40,098 bases of DNA from Planctomycetota bacterium (lineage in GTDB: Bacteria; Planctomycetota; UBA1135; UBA2386), in contig CANMWZ010000040.1 in the NCBI GenBank assembly GCA_947501605.1, positions 1-40,098 of the forward strand, read 5' to 3'. Positions 30,589 to 38,900 of this stretch are shown one piece after another (the stretch's first letter is position 1; each line of letters starts with the position of its first letter). The notes below the pieces were generated by a model. It saw only the letters and a program-made list of their open reading frames with translations, had not been told where the DNA came from and ran no database searches. Made by a program: the position numbers and the translations under genes.

Positions 30589-31677
30589 ATGCTGCATCCC
30601 CGACTGCTCCTGACCGGAGTCCTCGTCCTCCTTGCAAGTTGCGCCGTCCCCGAACGCGCGACCGAGCCCGCACCGGATCCGATCGCGGTGATCGTTCAAG
30701 AGGAGCTCGCGCGCCAGAAGATCCCTGCGGCGAGCGTCGCGATCATCGAGCACGGGCGTCTGGTGCATGCCGAGGGCTACGGCTTCGCAAATCTGGAGCA
30801 CCAGGTCCCCGCGACCGCCGAGACGATCTACCAGTCGGGCTCGGCGGGGAAGCAGTTCACTGCAGCGCTGGTGCTGCTGCTCGCGAACGACGGGCGTTTT
30901 CATCTCGACGATCCGATCGCGAAGCACCTCCCGGGCACGCCACCGAGCTGGGCAAGCGTCACGATCGGCCAGCTCCTACACCACATCTCGGGGCTCGCCG
31001 ATCCTTACGAGAAGCTCGACTTCGCGCGCGACTACACGGAAGCGGAACTGCTCGCGATCGACGGGCAGATCCCGTTGCTCTCCGAGCCCGGCACCAAGTT
31101 CTCCTACTCGAACATGGGCTACCACGTGCTCGGCTTCCTCTGCTCGCACGTCGGCGGTGTCTTCTACGGCGAGCAACTCGCGCAGCGGGTCTTCGCGCCG
31201 GCCGGAATGAAGACGACGCGCATCATCAGCGACCGCGCGCTCGTCCCGCATCGCGCGGCGGGCTACGAGCTCGAGAACGGTGAGCTTCGCAACCAGAGCT
31301 GGATCTCGCCGAGCCTCAACACCACCGGCGACGGCAGCCTCTACCTGAGCGTCCTCGACTTCGCCGCCTGGGACATTGCGCTCACGCGCGGGACGCCGAT
31401 CCCCGAAGACATCCAAGCGGTCATGCGGACGCCGGCGCGCCTCGCGAACGGGAAGCTCTCGCCCTACGGCTGCGGCTGGAGCGTGCAACCCATCGAGGGG
31501 CGAGAGGCCATCTCGCACGGGGGCGCCTGGCAGGGGTTCACGACGTTCTACCTCCGGTTGCCGAAGGAGGAGCTCTCCGTGATCGTGCTCACGAATCTCG
31601 CGGGCGCCGACCCCGGGAAGATCGTGCAACGCATCCTCGCGGAACGGCTGCCGGCCCGCGCCGACGGTGGCCGCTGA
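30589..31677 (+). CDS. Serine hydrolase (beta-lactamase/AmpC family) lipoprotein
   Basis: Lipobox LLASC; SxxK in SGSAGKQF; LLHHISG; YSN; HGGAWQG. Confidence 0.9.
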   Translation: MLHPRLLLTGVLVLLASCAVPERATEPAPDPIAVIVQEELARQKIPAASVAIIEHGRLVHAEGYGFANLEHQVPATAETIYQSGSAGKQFTAALVLLLANDGRFHLDDPIAKHLPGTPPSWASVTIGQLLHHISGLADPYEKLDFARDYTEAELLAIDGQIPLLSEPGTKFSYSNMGYHVLGFLCSHVGGVFYGEQLAQRVFAPAGMKTTRIISDRALVPHRAAGYELENGELRNQSWISPSLNTTGDGSLYLSVLDFAAWDIALTRGTPIPEDIQAVMRTPARLANGKLSPYGCGWSVQPIEGREAISHGGAWQGFTTFYLRLPKEELSVIVLTNLAGADPGKIVQRILAERLPARADGGR

Positions 31678-31942
31678 GGCCGACGGCTTGCACGGAGCTT
31701 GGCCCAAGGGGAGTCCGCTGGCGCGCGCAGAGCTGATGTTGATCGCCGCGAACCTGCACGGCTACTACACCGCCCTCGAGACGCTCTGCCAACGAGTGGC
31801 TCGGCAACTCGACGAGGTGGTTCCGCAAGGGGCGAGCTGGCACGCGGACTTGCTGTCGCAGATGCAGATCGAGGTGCCTGGACTTAGTCCCCGCGTGGTG
31901 CCGACGGAGGTCGTCGGCGAGCTACACGAGCTGCAGAAGTTC
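31667..31942 (+). pseudogene. Truncated HepT-like HEPN ribonuclease toxin
   Basis: AANLHGYYTALE.L..RVA..LD..VP.G.SWH..LL.QM....P is HepT-like. Similarity stops at LHELQKF, where FRH..R..Y is expected, and the N-terminus is also short. Confidence 0.72.
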
Positions 31943-32006
31943 CAAGTGTTCCCAGCCGATCCAGATTCAGAACGGACGGTACCGGCGCCTCCTCTGGCAG
32001 CCAGTT

Positions 32007-33179
32007 CTACGGGACCAGCGCCGGAGCGAGCGCAACACGGAAGCCGTTGATGAACAACGCTTCGCTCGGGTGACTGGAGCGGCGCCACGCAGATCGCGCG
32101 AAGAACGAGTCGTGGAGCCAGCTGCCACCACGAATGACCCGGTTCGTGTTCCCGCTGGTGCCATAGGGATCCGAGACCCCTGCGGTCGGGTAGTTGGGCG
32201 CGCCATCCCACGAGTCGAGGCACCACTCGCGGACGTTGCCCATGAGGTCGTGCAGGCCCCACGCGTTGGCGGCGTAGCTGCCGACGTTTGTCGTCCCGCC
32301 GATGCTGCAGTTCTGCCCCGTATGGTGGTTCTGGCCATGGTTTGCCTGCGCACAGGTCAGGGCCGCGCCCACGGAGTACTCGGTCGCCGTCCCGGCGCGG
32401 CAGCAGTACTCCCACTCAGCCTCCGTCGGCAGGCGGTACTGATAGCCCGCCGGCACGCGTCCCGCCGCACGCTCGGACACCGTCAGTGACGCGCAGTAGG
32501 CCATCGCGTTGTTCCACGTCACCTGCTCCACCGGCCGCTGCGGCCCGACGAAGGCGGACGGATTGTTGCCCATGACCGCCTGATACTCGGATTGGGTCAC
32601 CTCGTACCTTCCGATCCAGAACGGCTGTGTGATCGTCACAGGATGCACCGGGCGCGCGTCCGCCTGGTTGAAGTAAGGCGCCACGTTGAGTGGCGCTACA
32701 CCGGAGCCCATCGCGAACGTACCCGCCGCAATCGGCAGCATGTTGGGCAGCACGTCTGCGATCGTCAGCATCAGCTCGTTGTCCGAGAACGTGAGCGTGC
32801 TGGTGGACAGCGCCAGATCGACCGACTGCAGATCGAACGTGAGCCCGACGAGCAGTGGGTCATTGGGCAGGGCGACACCGCGCGTGAGGTGACCGCTCGC
32901 GTCGAGCACCCCGACGAACATCTCCTGGAAGTTCGATGGATCGATGCGCACGAGGCCCTGCACGGTGAACCCGGGGATCTGCAGCGACTGAATGCCCGGG
33001 TATTGCGGCACCGTGTAGGCGAACAGGTAGACGTTGCCGGCAGCGGCCGTCGGATATGTCAGCGAGAACGCTGCCGTCTGTCCCACCGCAACAGGCGTCA
33101 CGGACTGCAACGTGCGGTTGTTCTGCGCAATGGCGAACGAAGCGATGGAGAGGAAAGCGAACGCGGACTGGCACTTCAT
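32007..33179 (-). CDS. Secreted formylglycine-generating enzyme (FGE-sulfatase/SUMF1) domain protein
   Basis: GTFAMGS, YEVTQ, PVEQVTW, RLPTEAEWEY, NAWGLHDLMGNVREW, RGGSW and GFRV; signal peptide; start moved to MKCQ. Confidence 0.9.
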   Translation of the reverse strand: MKCQSAFAFLSIASFAIAQNNRTLQSVTPVAVGQTAAFSLTYPTAAAGNVYLFAYTVPQYPGIQSLQIPGFTVQGLVRIDPSNFQEMFVGVLDASGHLTRGVALPNDPLLVGLTFDLQSVDLALSTSTLTFSDNELMLTIADVLPNMLPIAAGTFAMGSGVAPLNVAPYFNQADARPVHPVTITQPFWIGRYEVTQSEYQAVMGNNPSAFVGPQRPVEQVTWNNAMAYCASLTVSERAAGRVPAGYQYRLPTEAEWEYCCRAGTATEYSVGAALTCAQANHGQNHHTGQNCSIGGTTNVGSYAANAWGLHDLMGNVREWCLDSWDGAPNYPTAGVSDPYGTSGNTNRVIRGGSWLHDSFFARSAWRRSSHPSEALFINGFRVALAPALVP

Positions 33180-33270
33180 GAATGGACTCCCTGCATGCCC
33201 CTGCTCGGGGCAAAACTGAATACCGAAGTCACCGCCGCAACTGCGGGATGACGGTTGCACTCGATGGCGA

Positions 33271-33430
33271 CTAGCCCTGCTCGCCGCCCACCGCCGTCGA
33301 GGCCGCGAAGCCGAACGGCAGTCCGGTCGGCCAGGAGACGGGCAGCGAAATCCCCACCTGCTGGCGACAGCACGAACACGCCGAGCTCGACATCAGGCGA
33401 GGACACCAGCGAACACTGACAGGGAACGGA
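33271..33430 (-). pseudogene. Possible frameshifted remnant of a secreted-protein C-terminal module
   Basis: SLVSSPDVELGVFVLSPAG in one frame joins GISLPVSWPTGLPFGF in another frame across a G-run. Confidence 0.3.
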
Positions 33431-33654
33431 ACGCAGTTCGTCATGCAGGTCACCACGGGCGGGGGGCGTGAGACGGAGCCCCTCCACTGCTGTTGCGCCA
33501 GCAGCGCCGCCGACCGGTCAAGAATCCGGCAGTCGATCTGCGGCCGGTGGGCTGCACCGAGGGTCCGCTGCTCGCCGCTGCCGTGGCACACGGTGCGCCG
33601 TCGCTCGAGGCGAGTAGAGTGCGGCACGTGAGTCGCCTCAGTTACCCGCCCCTC

Positions 33655-34065
33655 ATGGGAATCCAGGGCAGCAAGTCGGCATTGATCGATCCGCCGGACT
33701 GGACCTGGTTGGTCGCCGTTTCCGTGCTGGGCACGGTCGGCGCGTTGGTCGGGCTCGCCCTCGCGCGATGGATGCGTGTCGGGCGCAGATTCCTCTTCCT
33801 GCGACTCGCCGCGGGCCAGGCCGTCTGCTGGCTCCTGCTCATGTTCCACGGATACTCGGTCATCACGCAGGCGTACGGCAACCGGTCCCGTGGCAGTTAC
33901 TTCGCGATCGTCGCGGCCCTGCTGCTCGTGCCTTGGTGCGGCACTTGGATCGCATTGCGCGGTGCCACGCCGAGGGCCAGATTCGTGCATTGCGTCGCGC
34001 TTGCCTACCTCCCGTTCCTCGCGGTCGCGGGGTTGCTCCGGATCTACGGCTTCTTGATCCACTGA
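33655..34065 (+). CDS. Hypothetical membrane protein (about 4 TM helices)
   Basis: Four hydrophobic segments; no recognised motif; start uncertain. Confidence 0.5.
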   Translation: MGIQGSKSALIDPPDWTWLVAVSVLGTVGALVGLALARWMRVGRRFLFLRLAAGQAVCWLLLMFHGYSVITQAYGNRSRGSYFAIVAALLLVPWCGTWIALRGATPRARFVHCVALAYLPFLAVAGLLRIYGFLIH

Positions 34066-34273
34066 CCGAGCCGTCGAGGGCCGAGGACCGGCTGCCGCCG
34101 CGCGAGTGGGTTGCGAGCGAACGGGTGGTCGCGTGACCGGCAATGCTGCGCCTCGCGAGCGCACGTCCTGCGCGGAAGCGACCGCGGCCGCGAGAAGACA
34201 GCTATGCTTGCCGCCCATGGTCGCGGGGTAGATCCGCGACTGCGATCACCCTCACCGCGCCCCGAAGGATTCC

Positions 34274-34504
34274 ATGCGCTCCCGCCTCTGCTTGCTCCCT
34301 CGGGTCCGTTCCTTCTCACTGCTCGTGTTGCTCGTAGCGTCGGCAACGAGTGCTGTGGCGCAGTGTGCTCTGCAGTGGCAGCAGGGGTCGTTGGTCGGGT
34401 TGCTGGCGCGCGCGCAGGTGATGTCGATCGAGCTCACGCCGCAGCTGACGGGCTCGGCGATCACGACTACCAATGCGATCGACTTCACGGTCGGGCAGTT
34501 CTGA
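34274..34504 (+). pseudogene. Internally deleted secreted-protein gene (signal peptide joined directly to the C-terminal module)
   Basis: Signal peptide and AQCALQWQQG run straight into SLVG....Q....TTNAIDFTVGQF; only 76 aa. Confidence 0.55.
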
Positions 34505-34573
34505 TTCGATCCTCATCCTGCATCGTCCAGAGACACAGCCGCTTCGATCCTCGATCGAGCACTTGATGCGCCG

Positions 34574-34730
34574 ATGACCGTTTCCGCGGAGCAGACCGTC
34601 GCGACGCTGCGTGCGCGGGCAAGCGTAGTGCGCGCGGCTCATCGGCTCGCTCGTCTGGGCCGGGTTCGGCGAACACAGTGACATCGATCTGGTGCTGCGC
34701 GGAGCCGATTCTTCGCGGGTCGCAGCGACG
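34574..34730 (+). pseudogene. Frameshifted minimal nucleotidyltransferase (MNT) antitoxin remnant
   Basis: The ATG at 34574 gives MTVSAEQTVATLRARA. A different frame from 34638 gives LIGSLVWAGFGEHSDIDLVLRG, the GS-x10-DxD Pol-beta motif. Confidence 0.68.
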
Positions 34731-34848
34731 AACTTTGCGCCGGATCCAAGCCACTCCGAATTGCAGACTCGGAAGATCGGGCTCGGTCCCTCCCGCCCGT
34801 ACGCCACACCGCGCACCCCGCATGACACACTTCGCGCGCCCCCACCTC

Positions 34849-34876
34849 TGGACACCGCGCGCAATCTGCCGATACT
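34849..34876 (+). promoter_or_regulatory. Candidate sigma70 promoter for the riboswitch leader
   Basis: TGGACA-N16-GATACT, placing a transcription start near 34883, just before riboswitch P1. Confidence 0.4.
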
Positions 34877-34884
34877 CCTCCTCA

Positions 34885-35010
34885 GCATCCAGACGGCCCC
34901 GCGGACAACCAACGGGCGGCCAACCTGCCGAGGAGCGGCAAGGTGGTAAGTCGAGGCCGAGTGGCCGAGACGATGCGCGCGGGCGAGTGTCCCGGCGAAC
35001 GAAGGCTCCT
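34885..35010 (+). promoter_or_regulatory. SAM riboswitch, SAM-I clan (SAM-I/IV-like)
   Basis: P1 GCATC (34885) / GATGC (34972); J1/2 core ATCCAGA; P3 GCC-AA-CC-TGCCG / CGGCA-A-GG-T-GGT followed by AA; P4 GGCC-gagt-GGCC; P5 hairpin at about 34978-34997; 3' GCTCCT (35005-35010) complementary to the P3 loop AGGAGC (PK-2). It lies upstream of an operon containing a MetK homologue. Confidence 0.82.
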
Positions 35011-35030
35011 GCGGCGCGCGTCGCCGCTTT
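35011..35030 (+). terminator. Putative riboswitch expression-platform terminator
   Basis: GCGGCG-cgcgt-CGCCGC-TTT immediately after PK-2 and before the RBS (GAGGA) and ATG at 35054; short U-tract. Confidence 0.5.
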
Positions 35031-35053
35031 GGGTGCATGCCGAGGAACTCAGC

Positions 35054-36817
35054 ATGTCCACCGCGAAGTCCGCAGCCGCTGCGACCCCGTCCCTGTCGAT
35101 CCGCGTCGACGGCGACAACCCCGACCACCACCTGTTCCAGAACCGCGGCACTTGGTGGATCCACTACACCGAGCACCGCGGCAACAAGAAGGAGCGCAAG
35201 CGCCAGTCGCTGAGGACGCGCGACGTCGTCGAGGCGCGCTCGGGGCGCGATGCGCTGTTTGCGCGCATGCGCGCCGGCGGGGCCTCGCTGGCCGAGGACG
35301 CGGCGCCGGGGGCGACACCATCGGCGGCCGGTCCGGCCGTCGCGAACGCAGCCCCACTCGCCGACCCCGCCCGCGCGCGTTCGCAACTGCTGCGTCCGCT
35401 CGGCCTCGAGGGCTGGGACGAACTCGAACCCGTCGTGCTCGCGTCGCTGTGCGCCGAGGCGCCGCTGCTCCTCGTCGGGCCGCACGGCAGCGCCAAGAGC
35501 TTCGCGCTCGAGCGCCTCGCGGCCTCGCTCGGTCTCCGTTTCCGCGCCTACAACGCCAGCCTGCTGCACTTCGACGACCTCGTCGGCATCCCGTTGCCCG
35601 ACGAGAGCGGCAAGGGGCTGCGCTACGTCTCGACGCCGACGTCGATCTGGGACGCCGAGGTCGTGTTCATCGACGAACTCAACCGCACCAGGCCCGAGCT
35701 GCAGAACAAGATCTTCCCGATCGTCCACGAACGGCGCGTGCAGGGCGTGTCGCTGACGGCGCTGCGCCACCGTTGGGCGGCGATGAACCCGCCCGTGCGC
35801 GAGGAGACGAGGCCCGGCGAGGCCAACTACCTCGGCGCCGAGCCGCTCGATCCCGCACTGGCGGATCGCTTCGCCTTCGTCGTCGAGGCGCCGTCGTGGG
35901 GCGAGTTGTCGACCGCGCAGCAGAAGCGCGTGCTGCAGGGTTCGCTGCGGCAGGGTGGGCAGCCGCTCGCCGACGTGAAGCCCTTCGTCGAACGCGCGCG
36001 GCGTTGGTTCTTGCTGCTGCGCGAGGCCGCGCCGGCACGCCTCGTCGACTACTTCGTGGCGCTCGAACAGCAGCGGCGCAGTGCGGGGGCCGTGCCCTTC
36101 TCGACGCGGCGCATGGCCATGCTGCTGCAGAACGCGCTCGCCGTGCAGGCTGCGCGCGCCGCGCTCGCTGAGGTCGCGGGCGGCGAGGTCGCCGTGCGCA
36201 CGGTCGACTGGGAGACCTCCGTCTGGCTCGCGTTCCTGCACGGCTCGCCGACGCTCGCCGAGACCGGGACCCTTGATCGCGCGGTGATGCGCGCCTTCCA
36301 CCGCCAGGCCTGGGCCGTGTGCGGCCTCGCCGAGGGCGATCCGTGGCGCGAACTGCTGACGATCGCCGATCCCGTCGAGCGCGCGCTGCGCGCCGTGGCG
36401 CTCGGACTCGTCGTCACCGACGAGCAGCTCGGCCAGCTCGTGGTCGACGGCGTCGAGAGCGTGGCCGTGCCGGCGCACCGCGATGCCACCGCGCTCGCGC
36501 TCTACCTCGCCGTGCATCGCGAACGCGCGTTGCCCGCGATCGCCGTCGAGTCGCTGGCGCAACGCATCGCGCGTGTGTTGGCACCGGTGCAGCGCGACGT
36601 CACGTTGCCGACTGCGCAGGCCGGGCTCGCGCGCGAAGTGGGCCAGCTCGAGGCCGAGGGCACGGGAAATCCCGCGCGCGACGCCTACGTGCGCAACTTG
36701 CTCGAGGCGCTGCTGCCCGACGGCTACGCGGGTACGTCGCCGCGTGAGGTGCGCGATCGCTTCGTGCGCCTGTGGGACCGGCTGCAGCTCGGCCTGCGCC
36801 TGGAGGTGGCCGCGTGA
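35054..36817 (+). CDS. MoxR/RavA-like AAA+ ATPase with an N-terminal arm-type DNA-binding-like domain
   Basis: Walker A GPHGSAKS, Walker B VFIDELNR, sensor AMNP and Arg finger LDPALADRF; N-terminal NPDHHLFQNRGTWWIHY...RKRQSLRTRDVVEAR; RBS GAGGA. Confidence 0.88.
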   Translation: MSTAKSAAAATPSLSIRVDGDNPDHHLFQNRGTWWIHYTEHRGNKKERKRQSLRTRDVVEARSGRDALFARMRAGGASLAEDAAPGATPSAAGPAVANAAPLADPARARSQLLRPLGLEGWDELEPVVLASLCAEAPLLLVGPHGSAKSFALERLAASLGLRFRAYNASLLHFDDLVGIPLPDESGKGLRYVSTPTSIWDAEVVFIDELNRTRPELQNKIFPIVHERRVQGVSLTALRHRWAAMNPPVREETRPGEANYLGAEPLDPALADRFAFVVEAPSWGELSTAQQKRVLQGSLRQGGQPLADVKPFVERARRWFLLLREAAPARLVDYFVALEQQRRSAGAVPFSTRRMAMLLQNALAVQAARAALAEVAGGEVAVRTVDWETSVWLAFLHGSPTLAETGTLDRAVMRAFHRQAWAVCGLAEGDPWRELLTIADPVERALRAVALGLVVTDEQLGQLVVDGVESVAVPAHRDATALALYLAVHRERALPAIAVESLAQRIARVLAPVQRDVTLPTAQAGLAREVGQLEAEGTGNPARDAYVRNLLEALLPDGYAGTSPREVRDRFVRLWDRLQLGLRLEVAA

Positions 36818-37362
36818 TCGCCGACGAACTCTGCTGCGATCTACCGCTCGGCCGCGATCCGCTCGACGCGTTCGCCAACATGTGCGTGCCGCCGCGCACG
36901 GTGGTGAAGTCGACGCAGGTCGCGATCTCGGGCCGCGTGCTGTTGTTCAGCATGCTGGGCGCGTGCCACCACCTCGGCCTCGTCGTGTCGAACCAGCTCG
37001 CCCAGGCCAAGGCCGAGGTCGAATCGCGCTGGGGCAAGCAGGTCGACGCGTTCCTGCAGGACGTCGAGGCGCGCGGCTACCTGGCCAACCGCGCCGAGGC
37101 CGAACGCACGCTCGCGTCGTGGCGCGGCCCAGTGATCGGTTCGCGGCCGCAACTCGGTCGCATGCCCGGGCCGACGCGCGCGATCTGCACCGACCTCGGC
37201 TTCGCCATCGCCGTGCTGGCGCGCGTGCACGGCAACCTACTGCTGCCGTCGCGCGCGCCGACCCTCACCTGGCCGCGCCTGTTCGACGTCGTGTTCGGCC
37301 TCGACGACGCGCGCGCCAACCACGTCCCTGCCTACGTCTATCCCGAACCGGAGCTGCGATGA
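36814..37362 (+). CDS. Hypothetical protein (182 aa), operon member
   Basis: GTG start overlaps the upstream stop (GTGA) with a GGAGGT RBS; its own stop overlaps the next ATG (ATGA); GC3-rich codon use. Confidence 0.75.
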   Translation: MIADELCCDLPLGRDPLDAFANMCVPPRTVVKSTQVAISGRVLLFSMLGACHHLGLVVSNQLAQAKAEVESRWGKQVDAFLQDVEARGYLANRAEAERTLASWRGPVIGSRPQLGRMPGPTRAICTDLGFAIAVLARVHGNLLLPSRAPTLTWPRLFDVVFGLDDARANHVPAYVYPEPELR

Positions 37363-38900
37363 ACTTCGTCGACGAACGCGCGCTCGACCCGCGCGCGCAG
37401 GAACTGCGGCGCCGCGTGCTCGAGGTCCTTCCCGCCGGCGGCTACCAGCTCGACCGACTCTTCCGCCTGCTCGACATCGAGGTCACCGACGAGGTCGAGA
37501 CCGCCGAAGTCACCGTCGGCCTCGTGTCGCGCATGCGCTTCAACCCGCGCTTCGTCGAACGGCACTGCGCCACCGACGAGCGCCTGTTCGTGCTCGTGCT
37601 GCACGAACTGCTGCACGTCGTGCTCGGGCACACGCGCCTGTTCCCGAAGCCGAGCTACGCGCACAACATCGCCTTCGACGCGGTGATCAACGCGATGATC
37701 GCGCGGCAGCATCGGGAACCGGAGTTCCTCGAACTGCTGCGCGAGGTCAACGCGTGGACCGACTTCCCGTCGCGATTGCTGCGGCCGGCGCCGGGCTGGC
37801 CCGAGAAGCCCGAGCCGATGCCGAGCGACGCGACGAAGGCCGAACGCGAACTACACGCCCGGCTCTACGGCAAGGACAGCAAGGACGTCACCTACCACGA
37901 GCTATTCGATCTGCTCGCGCAGTGCGTCGACGAACGTGCGCCCGGCCCCGCGCGCCTGCTCGGCGGCCACGGCCAGGGTGCGGGAGGCGAGGCGGACGGT
38001 GGTGGCACGAACGAGTTCTTCGACGGCGACGAGGCCGTCGACCCGACCTTGCGCGACGTGCTCGCGCGCATCGTGCGCGAATGGCCGGCACCCTTCCGCG
38101 AGCAGATGCTCGACCGCGGCCAGAAGGCGCACGACCTGCGGCTTCAGAGCGCGCAGCCCGCCGATGCGGCACTCGAACGCGCGCTACTCGAGTTCTTCGA
38201 ACGCGCGGGCATCGCCGCGCTCGCACGGCGCACGCGACTGCGCCGTACGACGGCGGAGCACACGTCGTGGTCGGTCGTGCCGCAGGGCGCGGACCGGCGC
38301 GGCCACGTGCGGACGTTGTGCCTCGGCCGCCCGCCGCTGTTTTGGGAGGCGCCCTCGACGCGGACCTCGCGCCTGCGTTCGCCGGTTCCGGCTGCGTTCG
38401 TGTACCTCGACGTCAGCGGCTCGATGGACCCGTACCTCGGCGCGCTGCGGTCGGCTCTGCGCAAGCCCGTGCGCGAAGGGGCTGCGCGCCTGTTCTCGTT
38501 CAGCACGATGGTCGCGGAGATCGACGTGCGCACGTTCGGCACGCGCGCGACGCGATCGACGGGCGGCACCGACGTCGACGCCGTGCTGCAGCACGTGCTT
38601 GCCCTTTCGGCACGCGAACGGCCGCAGCGCATCGCCATCGTCACCGACGGCTTCGTCGGCAAGCCGCGCGCCGACCACGTGCGCCAACTCGCGGCGCGCG
38701 GCATCGGCGTGCACGTGGCGCTGGTCGCCAATGGCCGCCGCGCCGATCTCCAGGCGATCGCGCAGCGCCTGGTCGAGCTGCCAGCACCGGCCTCGCGGCC
38801 GAGTCAGAACGTTTCCGCGCCTGCCACTGCACCGGCCCCGACCTCTGTCGCGGCAGCACCGCTTCCGACGCCGACTCCCGGCCAAGGCCCTTCTCGATGA
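37359..38900 (+). CDS. Putative metallopeptidase (HExxH, DUF2201-like) plus vWA domain protein, MoxR partner
   Basis: FNPRFV...LHELLHVVLGH...NIAFDAVIN; C-terminal vWA motifs YLDVSGSM, GGTD and IVTDG; true start is the ATG at 37359. Confidence 0.88.
   Translation: MNFVDERALDPRAQELRRRVLEVLPAGGYQLDRLFRLLDIEVTDEVETAEVTVGLVSRMRFNPRFVERHCATDERLFVLVLHELLHVVLGHTRLFPKPSYAHNIAFDAVINAMIARQHREPEFLELLREVNAWTDFPSRLLRPAPGWPEKPEPMPSDATKAERELHARLYGKDSKDVTYHELFDLLAQCVDERAPGPARLLGGHGQGAGGEADGGGTNEFFDGDEAVDPTLRDVLARIVREWPAPFREQMLDRGQKAHDLRLQSAQPADAALERALLEFFERAGIAALARRTRLRRTTAEHTSWSVVPQGADRRGHVRTLCLGRPPLFWEAPSTRTSRLRSPVPAAFVYLDVSGSMDPYLGALRSALRKPVREGAARLFSFSTMVAEIDVRTFGTRATRSTGGTDVDAVLQHVLALSARERPQRIAIVTDGFVGKPRADHVRQLAARGIGVHVALVANGRRADLQAIAQRLVELPAPASRPSQNVSAPATAPAPTSVAAAPLPTPTPGQGPSR

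Noticed and set aside
34943..35053. Upstream extension of the AAA ATPase ORF
   Set aside because: It overlaps the riboswitch and terminator, and the ATG at 35054 has an RBS
35100..35270. Integrase or prophage remnant
   Set aside because: Only an arm-like domain is present, in frame with the ATPase; there is no tyrosine recombinase catalytic domain or att site
36483..38896. Long N-terminal extensions of the vWA (from 36483) and MetK (from 37754) ORFs, which look like fusions
   Set aside because: The extensions are off-frame readings of upstream genes; the true starts are at ATGA overlaps (37359 and 38897)
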